Numbered from the whole stretch's first letter, positions 26,511 to 39,713 are shown. The stretch: DNA of 63,220 bases, filler included, from Reticulomyxa filosa (GCA_000512085.1; 15 parts of 15 records of this genome joined end to end with filler, not necessarily neighbours in it); one strand, 5' to 3'. A program made the numbers and translations. Notes: generated from the letters alone by a model not told the origin.

Positions 26511-29202
26511 ATGGGTAATGAGAACGCGCCACAAAAAACCCTTGAAAGATCAGCTCCCTTTCAAAGCTTGGCGGATTTGCCCACTCCATTTTCTCAATCT
26601 CAATGTGTGCTACACAAACACGAACTCCTCATTTGTGGGGGTATTGATAGAAAAGGTTGTTATTCTTATCATATACTCAAAGACGAATACAAATTTATTT
26701 GTGAGTATCCAATCAATGTTGAGGTACAGGGACACTGTGTAGTCAAACTGGTAGAAAACAGCAAAGACAGCAATCAAACCACTTTGTTGTCTTTTGGTGG
26801 AAATACATATACAAAAAGACATACATTGATGATGAGATATGTAAGTGTTTGGAGTAATATATCAAAAAAATTAAACAAATCAAATGAATTCAACATTTAC
26901 AATGGATGGATTCCTTTCACAGATAATCGCAATAATCCAATTATCATTGGAAGAGATAATGATAATTATCTTGGATTGCGTGCAGTGATTGGTGGAAGTA
27001 ATAATCATTTGTTATTTATAACATATCCTTATAATAATATTAGTGTGTTTGATTTAAATACATTTCAATTTATTAAACACGATCGTTTACCAATTAATAA
27101 TTATGTGGAATATCATTGCTTTGTATCAAAGTCAGAAAATGGACAAGGACAGGAAATAATGAAAACAAATAAAAAAAAAGTAAGAGTAAAAAGAAAAAAA
27201 GGATGAAATGCTATTGTTTTATAGAAATGACGGATTATCAATTGAATATGATGAAAATAACAACTCTTTTCGATTTCATCGATTACTTGTTTGTGATGAC
27301 ATTGAGCCATTTGCATATTATGCATATGTGCGTATCAATGATATCATCTTGTTCTTTGGTGGATGGGATTGTGGATTAGATGATGAAAGTGTTATTTCAA
27401 AATCTGTGTACAAATATTCAATCAGAGAAAACAAATGGATGACATTTCAAAACATTTTACCCAGTTCATTGTTTCATCGTTTTGCAATATTGAGTGAAGA
27501 CAGCGCGTATGTGCATATTCTTGGAGGGTGGAATGGGAAGCAACAGGTCCCAACACATTCCAAAACGAAAGTGAGTGAATGGCTGAATGAAGCAGAAATG
27601 AAAAAAAGTGAGCCAATTGAAAATGGAAACAATGAAGGAGAGGAATCAGATGAAGAAGAGGGAAATGATAATGAAGATAAAAATAAGAATGGAGTGGACA
27701 ACATAGTAAAACAAGAGGAGAGTGAGAAACAAAATCAAGTGAAAAAAGATTCTGATGTTAAGTTTTACTTTTTTTGTTGGTTGTTATTATTTAAGGACTA
27801 CTACTTTGCTGCTATGCAAATGAAATTGATATTTTTCTTTAATTTTTTAAAAAACAAAAGCAATTACGAAAACACAATATATATTTAAATTATACAACTT
27901 TATTTTAAATAGAATATCATGGAAAAAGCAGAACAATATAAAAAATGGAAAAAATGGTTTATTCAAAGAGAACAAAAAGATAAATTAGAAATGATTGAGC
28001 ATTTTAAAACAATGTCAAATGAACAATTTCAAGTATGGCTATTGAATGAATGCAAATGGAAAAATGAAATTACAAAAGATGATATCAACTCTATTTGTGT
28101 TTTAATTGATGCTTATCTTGACTTTACTGCCGAAGATAAGAAAGGAGAGGAGGTTAACCAATTGTATTTTTTTACCCTTACTTTTTATGGAATAGCAATC
28201 ACAAATATAAAATAGCTAACAGCATACATAATAGTAAATGAAAGAAAAAACTTGATAAATATGGAAGAGTTGACATTCAAAGAACTTCTTCGCCAAAGTT
28301 ATTATTGTTTGGAAGCAACAGATTTCGAAAAGATAAATGAAAAAAATTTAAAACCACAATTACTTAATATAAAGAATGATATCATCGAAAAAGACGAAGA
28401 CGTTGAAAAAGAATTCAAAAATAATAAACCTACATTTAAAATTACTTGGATTTCATTTCAACATCCAGTAATACTTGGGAAAACAAAAATAATAAAAAAC
28501 GCATTGGTAATAATGATTGCAATCAGTGAATATATTGATAATACAATATGGAGCAATCTTCCAAATGTGAAGAGAAAAGATTTTGAGAATTTTAAACAAT
28601 TATTTGAACAAGAATTGAATTATGAAATGATTTGCAATTCATCTTCAAATATGACAAAGGATGATGTTCGAGATTTTATGGACGGAATAATTCTCAATTT
28701 CCAACTTCGTAAAAACACTAATAAATATGACGGTTTGATATTAGTTATTTGTGGACATGGAGAGAACGGAAACATGTTGGTAACAAGCGATGGAAAACAT
28801 GTATCTATTGATGAAATGCGTACATCATTTAATTGTGACAAAATGGAGTCTTTTAAAGATTTACCTAAAATTTTTATTATTGATGCTTGTCGTGGTGAAA
28901 ATATTCCAAAGTCTCATGAAATTGTAATGCGAGGAAACAAAGCATTATATGGACATAATGACGATGGATTTTTGATTATTTGGTCAACTACAAAAGGACA
29001 CCGAGTAGCTGATTTGTCATTATTGAGTGAATGTATGAAAAAAGTTGTCGTGTCAAAATATAAAAGTGGTTATCCATTCAAGCAAATGTTGCAAGATATT
29101 AGGACAGAAATTCGAAATAATAAAAGTAGCGAATGGTATTGTGTGGAAAGTCAAGACACAACTGATTATGATATCATTTTTGAATCAAAAAAATCTGTGT
29201 AA
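26511..29202 (+). CDS. Kelch-repeat / caspase-like (peptidase C14, p20-type) fusion protein
   Basis: Kelch propeller, acidic linker, small helical domain, then a caspase fold with ICGHGENG and KIFIIDACRG. Phase-0 GT-AG introns 27757-27912 and 28153-28215 join the ORFs in frame. One frame break at about 27180-27201. Confidence 0.85.
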
Positions 29203-29699
29203 ATTTTTTTGTGAAAATAATAAGTAATTCATTGAAATTTTTCAAAAAGCATCTTACAATCTTTTTTTNNNNNNNNNNNNNNNNNNNNNNNNNNNNNNNN
29301 NNNNNNNNNNNNTTAATTAATTAANNNNNNNNNNNNNNNNNNNNNNNNNNNNNNNNNNNNNNNNNNNNAAGAAAGAAAAAAGGTGGAAAAAAAAATGTAC
29401 TAATAAAAGAAAAAGAAAAAAATAATGATAAAAAAGAAAATAATTAATGAAAGAAAGAAAAAAAAAAAGAATAAGAAGGGTAATAAAGAAAATAATTAAT
29501 GAAAGTGAAAAAAAAAAAAAGAATAAGAATGAAAAAGTTATAATATAAATGTTTTTTTAAAAATTTTTTATTGAAAAAAAATAATTGATTTCCCTCTCAA
29601 GGATATCAATCAAGTTAAGTTATTTTTTTCCTCATTTGTGTTTGTTTTAAAAAAATTGAAATAAACTTATCACATTATATAAATAGATATCGGATCATC

Positions 29700-30620
29700 G
29701 TTGGCAAAGAAATTGGCAACGGTCAAGTATCCATTGGGACTAATGTGATTTGATTATTGGTAAGAAGTAAGGAATGAAATGGATATTATGATCGACAATA
29801 TTGTGTACATTAGATCCAACTTCTATTCAATCGCTCCACTTCTGTGCAACACCAACATCTTTGGCTTGACATTGCAGAAAAATAACGCACATTTGTTATT
29901 TGTATAAAGCTCCTATGCACATGTAATTCCATCCTTTAATTTCAACATTCAACAATACGCTGCCAACTCCTCTCGAACGCTATGCTCAAGCCCACACATT
30001 CACGGCAACCACAATCGCACCGTCCACAAACAAAATACATCAGATATTAGTTTGGACAAATATGATCAAATGGAAGTCAATTTGAAACACTTCCGAAAAT
30101 ATCTTGGAAGAGCGTGTTGTCCAAACAGTCCATTTTCGAACAGAAGAAAATTCGTCAATCTCGAGCAAGTATTACAAAGAATCGATACGCTTACCGTCAA
30201 TTCGAGCAAATATTCCATATTTTCGATAGCTGTACGCTTACGAGTTGAATATGATATCCAAGATCAAATCACAAGTGACTAAATATCGTATCAAAGAAGA
30301 AGATGACCGGTCTGTTAAATTAAATGGAACAAGTAGTTACCTCTATCTTTCTTTAATAATATACAATTGATGTGTTATTCTTGTATATGTACATAAATAG
30401 ATCTGAAAGAACAAAAAATATTGTCTGGAAGAAATCGTTGGAACTGATAAATAACTTGCCCAAAGTCGAGTCGGTATATTATACGTGGTCATGTTTTGGT
30501 TGTATTTGCACTGTCTATGATCAATATGAGCATCTCCAATAAATGGTGCTACTGGCAGACAAATAAATTGGAATCGGCTCTACAAATGGTCAATCGAAAT
30601 GAGAAAAAATTTACAATTGA
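29700..30620 (+). pseudogene. Degraded eIF3 subunit C-like pseudogene
   Basis: Collinear fragments recalling eIF3c: DYW*EVRNEM..IDNI, LDP/QLLFNRS, APMHM, LERYAQAHTFT, FDSCTLTS..NIVSK, LQ*MVLLADK. Many stops and frameshifts. Confidence 0.45.
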
Positions 30621-31049
30621 ATTGTCAAATATTAAAATATATCCAGTGTCATTTAGTCACCACCGAGGATGACAGAAACGATATTGATCCAATCTATTGA
30701 CAAAACGCAGTACATTACGTTGTTATCAAATTTGGTCTCTTTTGTATATCGCAATCAAAATTCAAAAGTTGATTGCTTTGTGGTAAGTTCACAAGTCAAT
30801 TCGCACAATTTGAAGTACACCAACANNNNNNNNNNNNNNNNNNNNNNNNNNNNNNNNNNNNNNNNNNNNTTAATTAATTAANNNNNNNNNNNNNNNNNNN
30901 NNNNNNNNNNNNNNNNNNNNNNNNNATATTCCACAATTTAGTAAAGAAATATTAATATATTTTTAATCATTGTCTTTATATTTCATTTTTTCTTTCAGAT
31001 TTTTGATATTAAATATGTTATTTTGCTTTTGGTTTTGTTTTCTTTTGGT

Positions 31050-32200
31050 CTTAATGATGATGTATGAAACGTGCAAATGCTGTTTTATTGATTACTTGTA
31101 AGGTCGCCATGCTTATTGCCTTTCCAAATCGTCCTGATGCAAATTGTCGCTTCTCCAGCTTCAACAACACATTTGGTCCAAGATTCAACTGGTCAATAGA
31201 TTTCATGCAGAAATATCATGTCCTGATCAAAGGAAACCATTATTGTTCTGCAATTTCTATCAAAATTTGCAGTGCAAGCGATTTAATATCCAAGCATTTG
31301 AACAAGGATTACGTTATGCTATGAAAATCACTTAATATGTTGTCATTGGAATGATCGTGATGATAAATGTAAATCTATTCGACATAATACTCCAGATCTT
31401 CCTGTTTCATTCCATTGATAAACATAAAGATACTGTAAATTATTCCTTCTTCTATCTAAATCCTTCCTGCAATAAATATATATGTTGCTGCTTCTGATGC
31501 ATAGACTGCTAATCATATATCTGCTTGAATATTGGTATTCACAATGTTAGTTTCATCTCTTGATCTATTTTCAATTCCCATCTGCATTAATTGTTGAAAT
31601 GCTGATTTATCTTGAGATTTTATCACATCAGATTCCTTATTTTGCTGCCTTTGATCTTTCTTTTATTCTTTTTTCTATTGGTCCTTTTCTTTGGTTTTTG
31701 ATGTCATTATTGTTTTCATTTCCATTTAATGTTTGCCCTTTGGCAGAATTCTTTGCTTGCTGCTGTACATTTGATTTGATTAAGATGACTTGATATTCTT
31801 TTTTCTTCAGAAATACATCTCCTTTGTCAATTTGATACCAAGCTTTTCTCTTGCTTTGCGAATCATATCACATCGCAATGAACCCACAATACTTACATAT
31901 TTTGAAATTACATTCACGAGTAATATAGTTCAATCTGTGGCATTTCCTGCATTGCTTGAAATGCACTTTTGGTCTTGATTTGCCTTTGTCAAATGGTTCC
32001 ACTTTCACCATTGAATATCCAATCTGAATATCATTGTCTTATAATATCTTAACAACATCTTCAGTCTTGAATAACATCACTTTAATAATTGATATCTTAT
32101 GGACTCGCTTTACTTCTTGTATTTGATTCCAATGTCCTTGACTTCACATTAGCTTTCGCGAGTTTATACTCATCTATTCACTTCAGGATTACTCACTGCT
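31050..32200 (-). mobile_element. Degraded non-LTR retrotransposon (gag-like ORF1 knuckles plus APE endonuclease remnant)
   Basis: Minus strand reads VHFKQCRKCHRLNYITRECNFKICKYCG near 31880-31965, then YLLQE and WNETGRSGVL near 31390-31480. Many stops. Confidence 0.55.
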
Positions 32201-34292
32201 TTTTTACGTTTTTTTTTTGTTTAGCAGCGAATGTCTTACAATAAATGTCACATCTCCGCTGCTTCACAGTTCTTTGTTTATCATCTTGATTTTCTTTTGT
32301 TCATTTTTGTCATTATTAAAAAGGAAATTAATTTAAATATCCTTCATCATCGAGATAAACTTTTGAAAAAAAAAGTTGTATTTTGGAGGAAGACAAGCAA
32401 AGAACAACAACTAGATACTGCAACATCTAGCAGTATCTGAAAGAAGTTCGAAGTTAATCTTCGATTATTAACAACGATTTTTGTCTTCAACAAGATCGTG
32501 GCGGAAACAGAAACAAAGACAAAGATACAAAGAAAATACTTTCAAAAATTTTTTTTTAACTAGTAAAATTTTTTATCGTGATAAAAAAATGTTTATACTA
32601 GTTGAAAATTTCATATGTCTGATCTTGCGATATTTTGTAAGATCAGATATCGAACAACGAGTATGCCAGCAAAATTTCTGAAAACAGCTGTTGAAACAGA
32701 ATATAAAGACCAAAAAAGCTTGCAAGCAAAAAATTGACCTCCCCAGGGAAGAGCCAAATTGTTTTCACATCAGTTGATTGATCTCAACGTTCAACTTTTG
32801 AAATTTACTTTGCTCTTTTGATATTTTAAATTTAATTAACACTTTAAATTGATATCTTTGCTTGTTATGTTGATTGTGAGTGAGTGTTATCAAATTTTGT
32901 AGATCTTTTCCTTTGTTTTGTTTTTATTTGACTGCGTTCCTTTTGGGATGATGTGCTCTTTTAACTAGGATTAGATCTCAACTTGCAGCTAAAAAAAATT
33001 CTGGGATCAGGCATATCAATGCTATAACCAATTACATTTCCAACCCATATCCATTTTCATTTCCAATGCCACCATGTTCGGAATGTCTGACTCTTTACTA
33101 TTAAATTAGATTATTGATCCATTTCCTTTGTCCCAGTATGGCTTGCGTCTGCCGTCCGATCGCCTTCATAAGCCTTGTTATCAGCTAGTGGATTTCGGTT
33201 TTGCCCGAGGTTCAGTAGATATTACCCGATCTCGAAGTTCTGACAAACGGAAAAAACAGTGTATTTGACTCGAGATTGCCAATTTCTTAAAGGCGTCGAA
33301 CACTCTTAAGGCAAGCAAGATTCGACCTTCTCCCGCAAGCAGCCCGTTTCCAGTAAAAGGGTTACTATCCCAGTTACCACCTTGTTACTCTTAAAGCAAC
33401 TGATGATAAGATACATTGAAAGTTTAAACCAGCACTTCCATCCACACACCACGCAGTTGCTGAACCGACGACAACCCCCGAAAATGAATTTCAACAAGAC
33501 GTTGCCAAAACAGTAACAATGGAAGAAGTCACACTTTGAGATTGTGCTTTTGCGGATGGAAGTTACAAATCAGACCCATGAAGCAAGATTGTCGTCCAAG
33601 ATCCATCCAGTCACAATTGAAATTTCCAATCAAATGAATCACCACAATGAATTAATTCAACAAGCATCGGAATATACAAAATGAAATAGTTGTAAGTTTC
33701 TGAATCGTATTCACATAAATTTACAATCAAAAACAATCACAACTCTCCTGAGATTTATTAGATTAAAGGACACTCTGGCATTCCCAAAATGAACGAGCAG
33801 ATGCTGTGTCAAAGATTGCAAGTTTTCAAGCAGAACTCTATTAGCCTGAGTTGTTTAGAAGACCAGGTCGAACAGCATTCCTGAATTGTAAATGGTGTGA
33901 AGATAAAGAAGAAACAGTGAAATATCCTAATGGAATGCGCGGGCATCAATCAATAATTTGTTGCCACACTTTGCAGCAAACTTCTCAGGTTCATATCTTA
34001 AATTCAAAGTTCATTGTTGCAACCGAAGGAAAACCTAAACTGTCCAATCTAAAATATTTTGAAGATTTTTGAACGTCTTTTTTTGTTTGTGTTTTGGGGA
34101 CGAGTTGTAATTATATTTTTCTTCCATGAACTTTTTTGATCCAGGCACTTTAACTTAATTTTGTTTGCACCTTCACGCCCTCCCGTGCAAAAGCTTTAAA
34201 AAAAAAAAGCAACCATCACTGCAACAATTTATAAGCACGCCATATGTTGTTGCAAGAAACAAAGATAATATTATTATGCAACTTTACCAAAT

Positions 34293-35000
34293 TTGGTAAT
34301 TACGCCAGTAAGAAGTGGCGCTGGGGTGAATAAGATTCTTAAAAATGAGAACTTATTTGTTAGTTACAGAAAGGCCAAATGTGAATTATTTGGCCCATTT
34401 CGTACTAGACATTTCAAACAATGTAAAAAATGTCGTCTCCTCAATCACGACGCAAAAGATTGCACGAAGAAAGTAATTTGCAAGTTTTGCTGCCTTAATA
34501 ATCATGACGCTGCAGATTGTAGACACAAAAATAATCGAAAGAAACACAGCTGTGTACTGTGTCGAAGAAATCATTCACAAGACTCGGAAAAACTCAGAAT
34601 CAAAACTACAATGAAATAAATAGTGACATTGAAAAAGCACAGCATAATACAATCGAAATCAAGCGACGAGATAATACATGCAACCAACAAAAGAATGTTA
34701 GTAAGAAATTGCGGAATGATACTATTCGGCAACAGCAAAAAGATAATCCGCAATTGAAAACAATTCCACAACAGAAAAGAAAAAGAAATAGCAGCAGAAA
34801 ACGAAACCACATTTTCAAAAGGATTTACCAAAGATGGAAAATGCCACCACAATCGGACAAATAGAGTTGGATTAAATAATCCTTCAAAACAGCATCCAAA
34901 GCAGAACAGTTAGAGCAAAATTTCAAGAACAAATAACATCATGTTTGTTTATTTCAATAAGGGTTCCGATCCAACAAGAGGGAAATCAATTATCAGTTCC
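34293..35000 (+). mobile_element. Non-LTR retrotransposon gag-like ORF1 remnant with three Cys/His knuckles
   Basis: QCKKCRLLNHDAKDC, CKFCCLNNHDAADC and CVLCRRNH, followed by a basic coiled-coil tail; frameshifted. Confidence 0.65.
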
Positions 35001-35418
35001 AGTTTCTCTTCAATTATCACTGTAGCGAAATAAGAAGAACATGAATACTGTATCGAAACATTCCAATCGAAGATTCTTTTCAAATCAATTTATTCTGCAG
35101 TTTCTATATAACATTCAAATGCAGTCCGTCATTTACGAAGATTTTTCAGTAAAGGAGAAAAAATTTGAAAAAGAACGAAAGAAGCGCTGAAAGTAACTTA
35201 GTTGGACAATATTATCGATCAAACTGGAGAAGCGTGAAAATTTTTTTGTAGCAAGCTAGAATATCATGAACAAGCAAAAATGGCAAAGAAAATTTAGTCA
35301 CTTTGCTACAAAACAATCAAATTTTGATTGTTTAAATTTTTTTTGTTGCTTTCTTTAATTTGTTGAAAGAAGTACTATTGTAGTATGTTCTTCATCATAA
35401 AAATTTTTTATACTACCA

Positions 35419-35772
35419 CAGTAGTTTGCAAAAAAAAAGTACACCAAAAAAAAGGGATGCTTTTATAGTATTTAACTTTATTGAAAAGAGCTAAAGTAAA
35501 AATTATTTTGTATACACATAGAACAAATCACATAATATCTTCCTCTATCTTATCTATTGCATTTATTTGAAAAGTTCTGCATCATTCTTTTTCATTAGTT
35601 GTTTGAAAAATTCAATTTATAAGATAACACAACATAGAGGAAAGATATTATGTGATTTGTTTACGCATATACAAAATAATTTTTACTTTGTGCTTTTTTA
35701 GTATTTGACTTGTATATCTTTATTGAAAAGAGCTACTTTTTTTGGCTGTACTGTTTTTTTTGCAAACTACTG
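35419..35772. mobile_element. MITE-like inverted-repeat element (CAGTAG...CTACTG termini)
   Basis: Ends CAGTAGTTTGCAAAAAAA and TTTTTTTGCAAACTACTG, an internal inverted pair (about 35494-35548 and 35635-35690), TA on the right flank, no ORF. Confidence 0.75.
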
Positions 35773-37149
35773 TATAAATGATTTTCAAATATTAAAAAAG
35801 TTTCTTTCTTGGTCTTGTTCGTTTGTTCATGAGCTGTCTTTACTTTGCGAAATTTCTTGAATATTTTCGTTTCGAAATCTCTACTCTCGACTTTCTAAAT
35901 GTCAAATTATCTTGCATCTTCACAAATTTTTCATGTGTGCAATAATATGATGTGTTACACAAANNNNNNNNNNNNNNNNNNNNNNNNNNNNNNNNNNNNN
36001 NNNNNNNTTAATTAATTAANNNNNNNNNNNNNNNNNNNNNNNNNNNNNNNNNNNNNNNNNNNNCTTATTTTGTAATTGCATTATAAAATTTTGATTCTAA
36101 CGTTTTCTACAAAGGGAGTAAATTATCAATATTTACGACAGCTATTTTTATCATAGCATTCAACTTATAAGGATATAATGTGTACTTGATAATTCTTTTA
36201 AACAAGTGTAAATTGAAGATAAATGCTCAAATATATATGTTAGTTAGCGGAGGAAATGTATTGCTTTTAGTTCAATCAAAAAGGATCAACAACTTTCTCT
36301 CTTTAGTTGTATTTTTTGCTGCTTCAAGAACATATAATGAATAGAACGAAAGAAATGAAGTTTTCCATGCCCAAGTGACAGAACGGGAACTTGGTGACGT
36401 TACCAAGCTGAGCAGCAAACCGACAATGTGTGCGAACCAAGGTAACAAGAAAACTGAATCTTTGGTGAGTGAAGACAACAAAGCACTAGCAACACCATGC
36501 GAATTTCAGGAAGTAAATTTTTCCGAGGAGACAATGCAGATAGATGCGACTTCACTGTACATGACAGAAATGCTTTACTAATACAAAGTGATGACAAAAA
36601 AAACTCCTCCGACGCACGCGTGCACCATTGCCACTACAGTTGCACTTGTACCAACATAAAATTATTTTTTTAATTTAATGACGGAGTATGGAGGGCTAAT
36701 CACTTTTCTTTTTTTTAATTTATAATCCACAAGATGTCAATTTGTTATATATTTTTGTTTGCAAAAAGAGGGGGAAGATTAATCAAATTTAAACTTATAC
36801 TAGTCTCTATCTTAAATGAAACAATTTCAAGAAGCATTTAGCACAATTAGGAAAGAAAATATCTAAAGGATATGGAACTTATGTAAGGTGAAAAAATCAC
36901 AATCAAATTTATTTATGATATTAAATTGATATTCATGTATTTGTATTTATTTTTATGGTCAAAAAATCATCATTAAAATTCAATGTCCATATCAATGGTA
37001 TAATGACCTTGATGATAACAATCATATTTGGCATATTAAAATATTTAAATAGAGATTATTCAATCATTTTCAAATGATACAATTGTTCAATTTTGCACTT
37101 ACAACGGTTCATTCAATCAATCCACATTCAATTGCATTGAAGATTACAA

Positions 37150-37740
37150 ATCTGAACATAATTACTGTCAATTCTTTAACAAGTGGATACATCATAACTA
37201 AAAATTGGCTTCCCAAATAATACCATTTGCTACTTTTGATACTTGTTTTAATATCATATAACATGTTCTTGAATGAATAGCTTTTATACTTTGACCTGAT
37301 TCGTGATTTTACTAAACAATGACAAACCATCAACATTATCTCTATTTGTAATCGAATGAATAATAAAAATTTTAGGTAAATCTTTGAATGAACTAATTTC
37401 ATTACAATTAAATAGTGACTGTATTTTGTTAATTGATACATTATTTACATCAATTGTAATAAGTTTATTCAACATATGCAATGTTTATAAATAATCAAAA
37501 TAAAAATATCATAGTTGTATTTATTTGTATGAAGTTTGTTGCCTATGATTGCTTCGAATAAAGAAAATTGTATTACAAACTTTAGGCAATTATTTGAACA
37601 AGAATTGAAATATAAATTTATATTCAATCACAAATAATGATTAAGTAAATTATCAAACATTTTTTTATTTTGAAAGATCATCACATGCTTTGATATTATC
37701 ATATTCATTTGCAATCATGATCATAAATGCATTTTTTATT
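37150..37740 (-). pseudogene. Decayed caspase-like gene (paralog of 28252-29202) with internal micro-inversion
   Basis: Minus strand: IKNAFMIMIANEYDN, KLHTNKYNYDIFILII, FNCNEISSFKDLPKIFIIHS, YSFKNMLYDIKT..KSSKWY. The catalytic HG and DAC motifs are lost. Confidence 0.8.
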
Positions 37741-38634
37741 GTTTTCATCACAACGATAGGCGGCGTCGTTGTTGGTGTCAATTTGAGCTTTCCAATGAGA
37801 TATGAAATGTATGTGTACGAGACTTTTCGCATCGGCGTCTCCTTCTTCAGGAGACTGTAACGTACTATAGATCAGACCCATGTGATGTTGCTGCGTCCAA
37901 TGCAGCTGCTTCGACGTGTAGTAGTCGTTTTCAATCTTTCACCAGTGAGTTGATATTCAGTGTAAATTCAAACCAACTGCTTTCTTAAATAACGATGACC
38001 ATATTACATTGTTTGTCTTTATCTTTGTCTTTGTGGTATTGTTTCTTCTAATCATACAAAGTGAGAAACATGCCGCAAATATGCTTGTCTGGTTCCAACA
38101 ACAAAAGGACTATTCCCAGAGCGGAACCACCGTCGACGGGCTGGTACATATACAAGCTAATGGAACATGCACGAGGATGATGGGGTTGCTTGTGTGATTG
38201 GCATTGGTGAAGATGCAAAGAAAACGACGAACATAGTCGTCCCAAATAAAATCCAAGAGCTTCGATGATGAAGAGGATCAGGATGAATAAGAAGAAGAAA
38301 GAGAATATACAAGTTGAGTGTGGTCATTACATGTGTGCAAATCCAATATTCGTCCATAATCGAATATGGCCAAACGGCCACTCTGACACTGTACTGCAAA
38401 CACATGAAATTGCAAGAACGAGTGTCTTTGAAATGTAAAGATAGGATCGTTTGGCACACCCAACATTCGATTGCAGACAATGTGCGGTGTGTTCATGTCT
38501 ATAGTGAAATTGGCCAGTACTCAGCAGTTGAAGANNNNNNNNNNNNNNNNNNNNNNNNNNNNNNNNNNNNNNNNNNNNTTAATTAATTAANNNNNNNNNN
38601 NNNNNNNNNNNNNNNNNNNNNNNNNNNNNNNNNN

Positions 38635-38756
38635 AAGCGTTTTAAGATTATTGCTGATCGGTATCGCAATAGAAGAAAGAGGTTTGGCCTACGTTTTAAT
38701 CTTATTACTGCTTTTTATAATTGGGAGCTGAAGTTATGAGTTTCGAAAGAAGTCTA
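38635..38756 (+). mobile_element. IS5-family (ISL2/IS1381-like) transposase 3' end and right end
   Basis: KRFKIIADRYRNRRKRFGLRFNLITAFYNWELKL* (stop 38737-38739) followed by GTTTCGAAAGAAGTCTA. Confidence 0.85.
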
Positions 38757-39184
38757 ATGAATCACGATACGCCACAAGATAAGTTTAATCGCACTTTAAT
38801 CAGAGTTGCTAAGGAAATCGATCATGTGTGACCGATCTATATAATTTAAGTCATGAGCTCGCACAGGAAAGTTTTAGCGCTGTGAGCCAACATGTTGTTA
38901 CGATAAAACGAGATTTTTCGGAAGCCAGCAAAAAGGTTTGGAACGAGTGCGTAAAACCATATGCTTCCTCAGTATCAAAAATATCTAAAGAAAATTTGGC
39001 AAAGATCAGAGGAATTTTAAAAGAAATTATCCCATTGGTTAAAAATGATATGAAGCTCATCTTAAGCACAGATAGTGAAATGCATCAGATTGATACGCAT
39101 GAATCTCATCAAGCCTTAAAGTTGAAAGCAGTTCATAAGAAATATGCAAAGAAGAAAAAAGAGGAAGATGAGTCTAAAGAGTAA
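38757..39184 (+). pseudogene. Hypothetical helical protein, frameshifted by a TG duplication
   Basis: The frame from ATG 38757 stops at CAT GTG TGA. Removing 2 nt joins it to ORF 38828-39184. Confidence 0.5.
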
Positions 39185-39196
39185 GATGGAGAATTT

Positions 39197-39703
39197 ATGG
39201 GAATAAATAAATTTTACAATAAAATTATGGGTAAAGTTGATGGTAAGCTCAAAGAGGCTGAACATGAAATCAATGATATTATCGATGAGTTAGGACTTGA
39301 TTCACCAGATGAGAGAATGGCTAGAAATATTGGAAAAATCGGTAATGATCTTCATCGTGGGGCTCAACAATTAGGTAAAGCTGCAGAAGCTTTAGCTGAG
39401 GGCGATGATAAACAAGTTCGTAAGAGCTTAATGTTATTAAAAGAAGAGGTAAATAGGGCTGGAGATAGGTTTTAAGAGGTAGGAAGAGATGCTATAAAAA
39501 TGGAAAATAGCGAAGCGAAAAGCGTCTTAAATAGCCTCAAAGAACTTTTGCAAAATATTATGGATAGTATTAAAAATCTATTCAAGCCTCAAGAAAAAGG
39601 TAAAGATTATCAAAAAGATGCCGAGCATAGAAAAGATCAAAGAGATGATATTAGAAAGAAATATAATCTAGACATTAAGGGATCAGGAAGAAATAGGCAT
39701 TAA
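39197..39703 (+). pseudogene. Hypothetical coiled-coil protein split by one in-frame stop
   Basis: ORFs 39197-39475 and 39500-39703 are in the same frame, separated by TAA plus 8 sense codons. GGAGA RBS-like site upstream of 39197. Confidence 0.55.
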
Positions 39704-39713
39704 TTATTGAAAA

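Noticed and set aside
39473-39475. Stop-codon reassignment in the endosymbiont
   Set aside because: Neighbouring conserved genes (rplU, engB) end normally in TAA; a single nonsense lesion is simpler.
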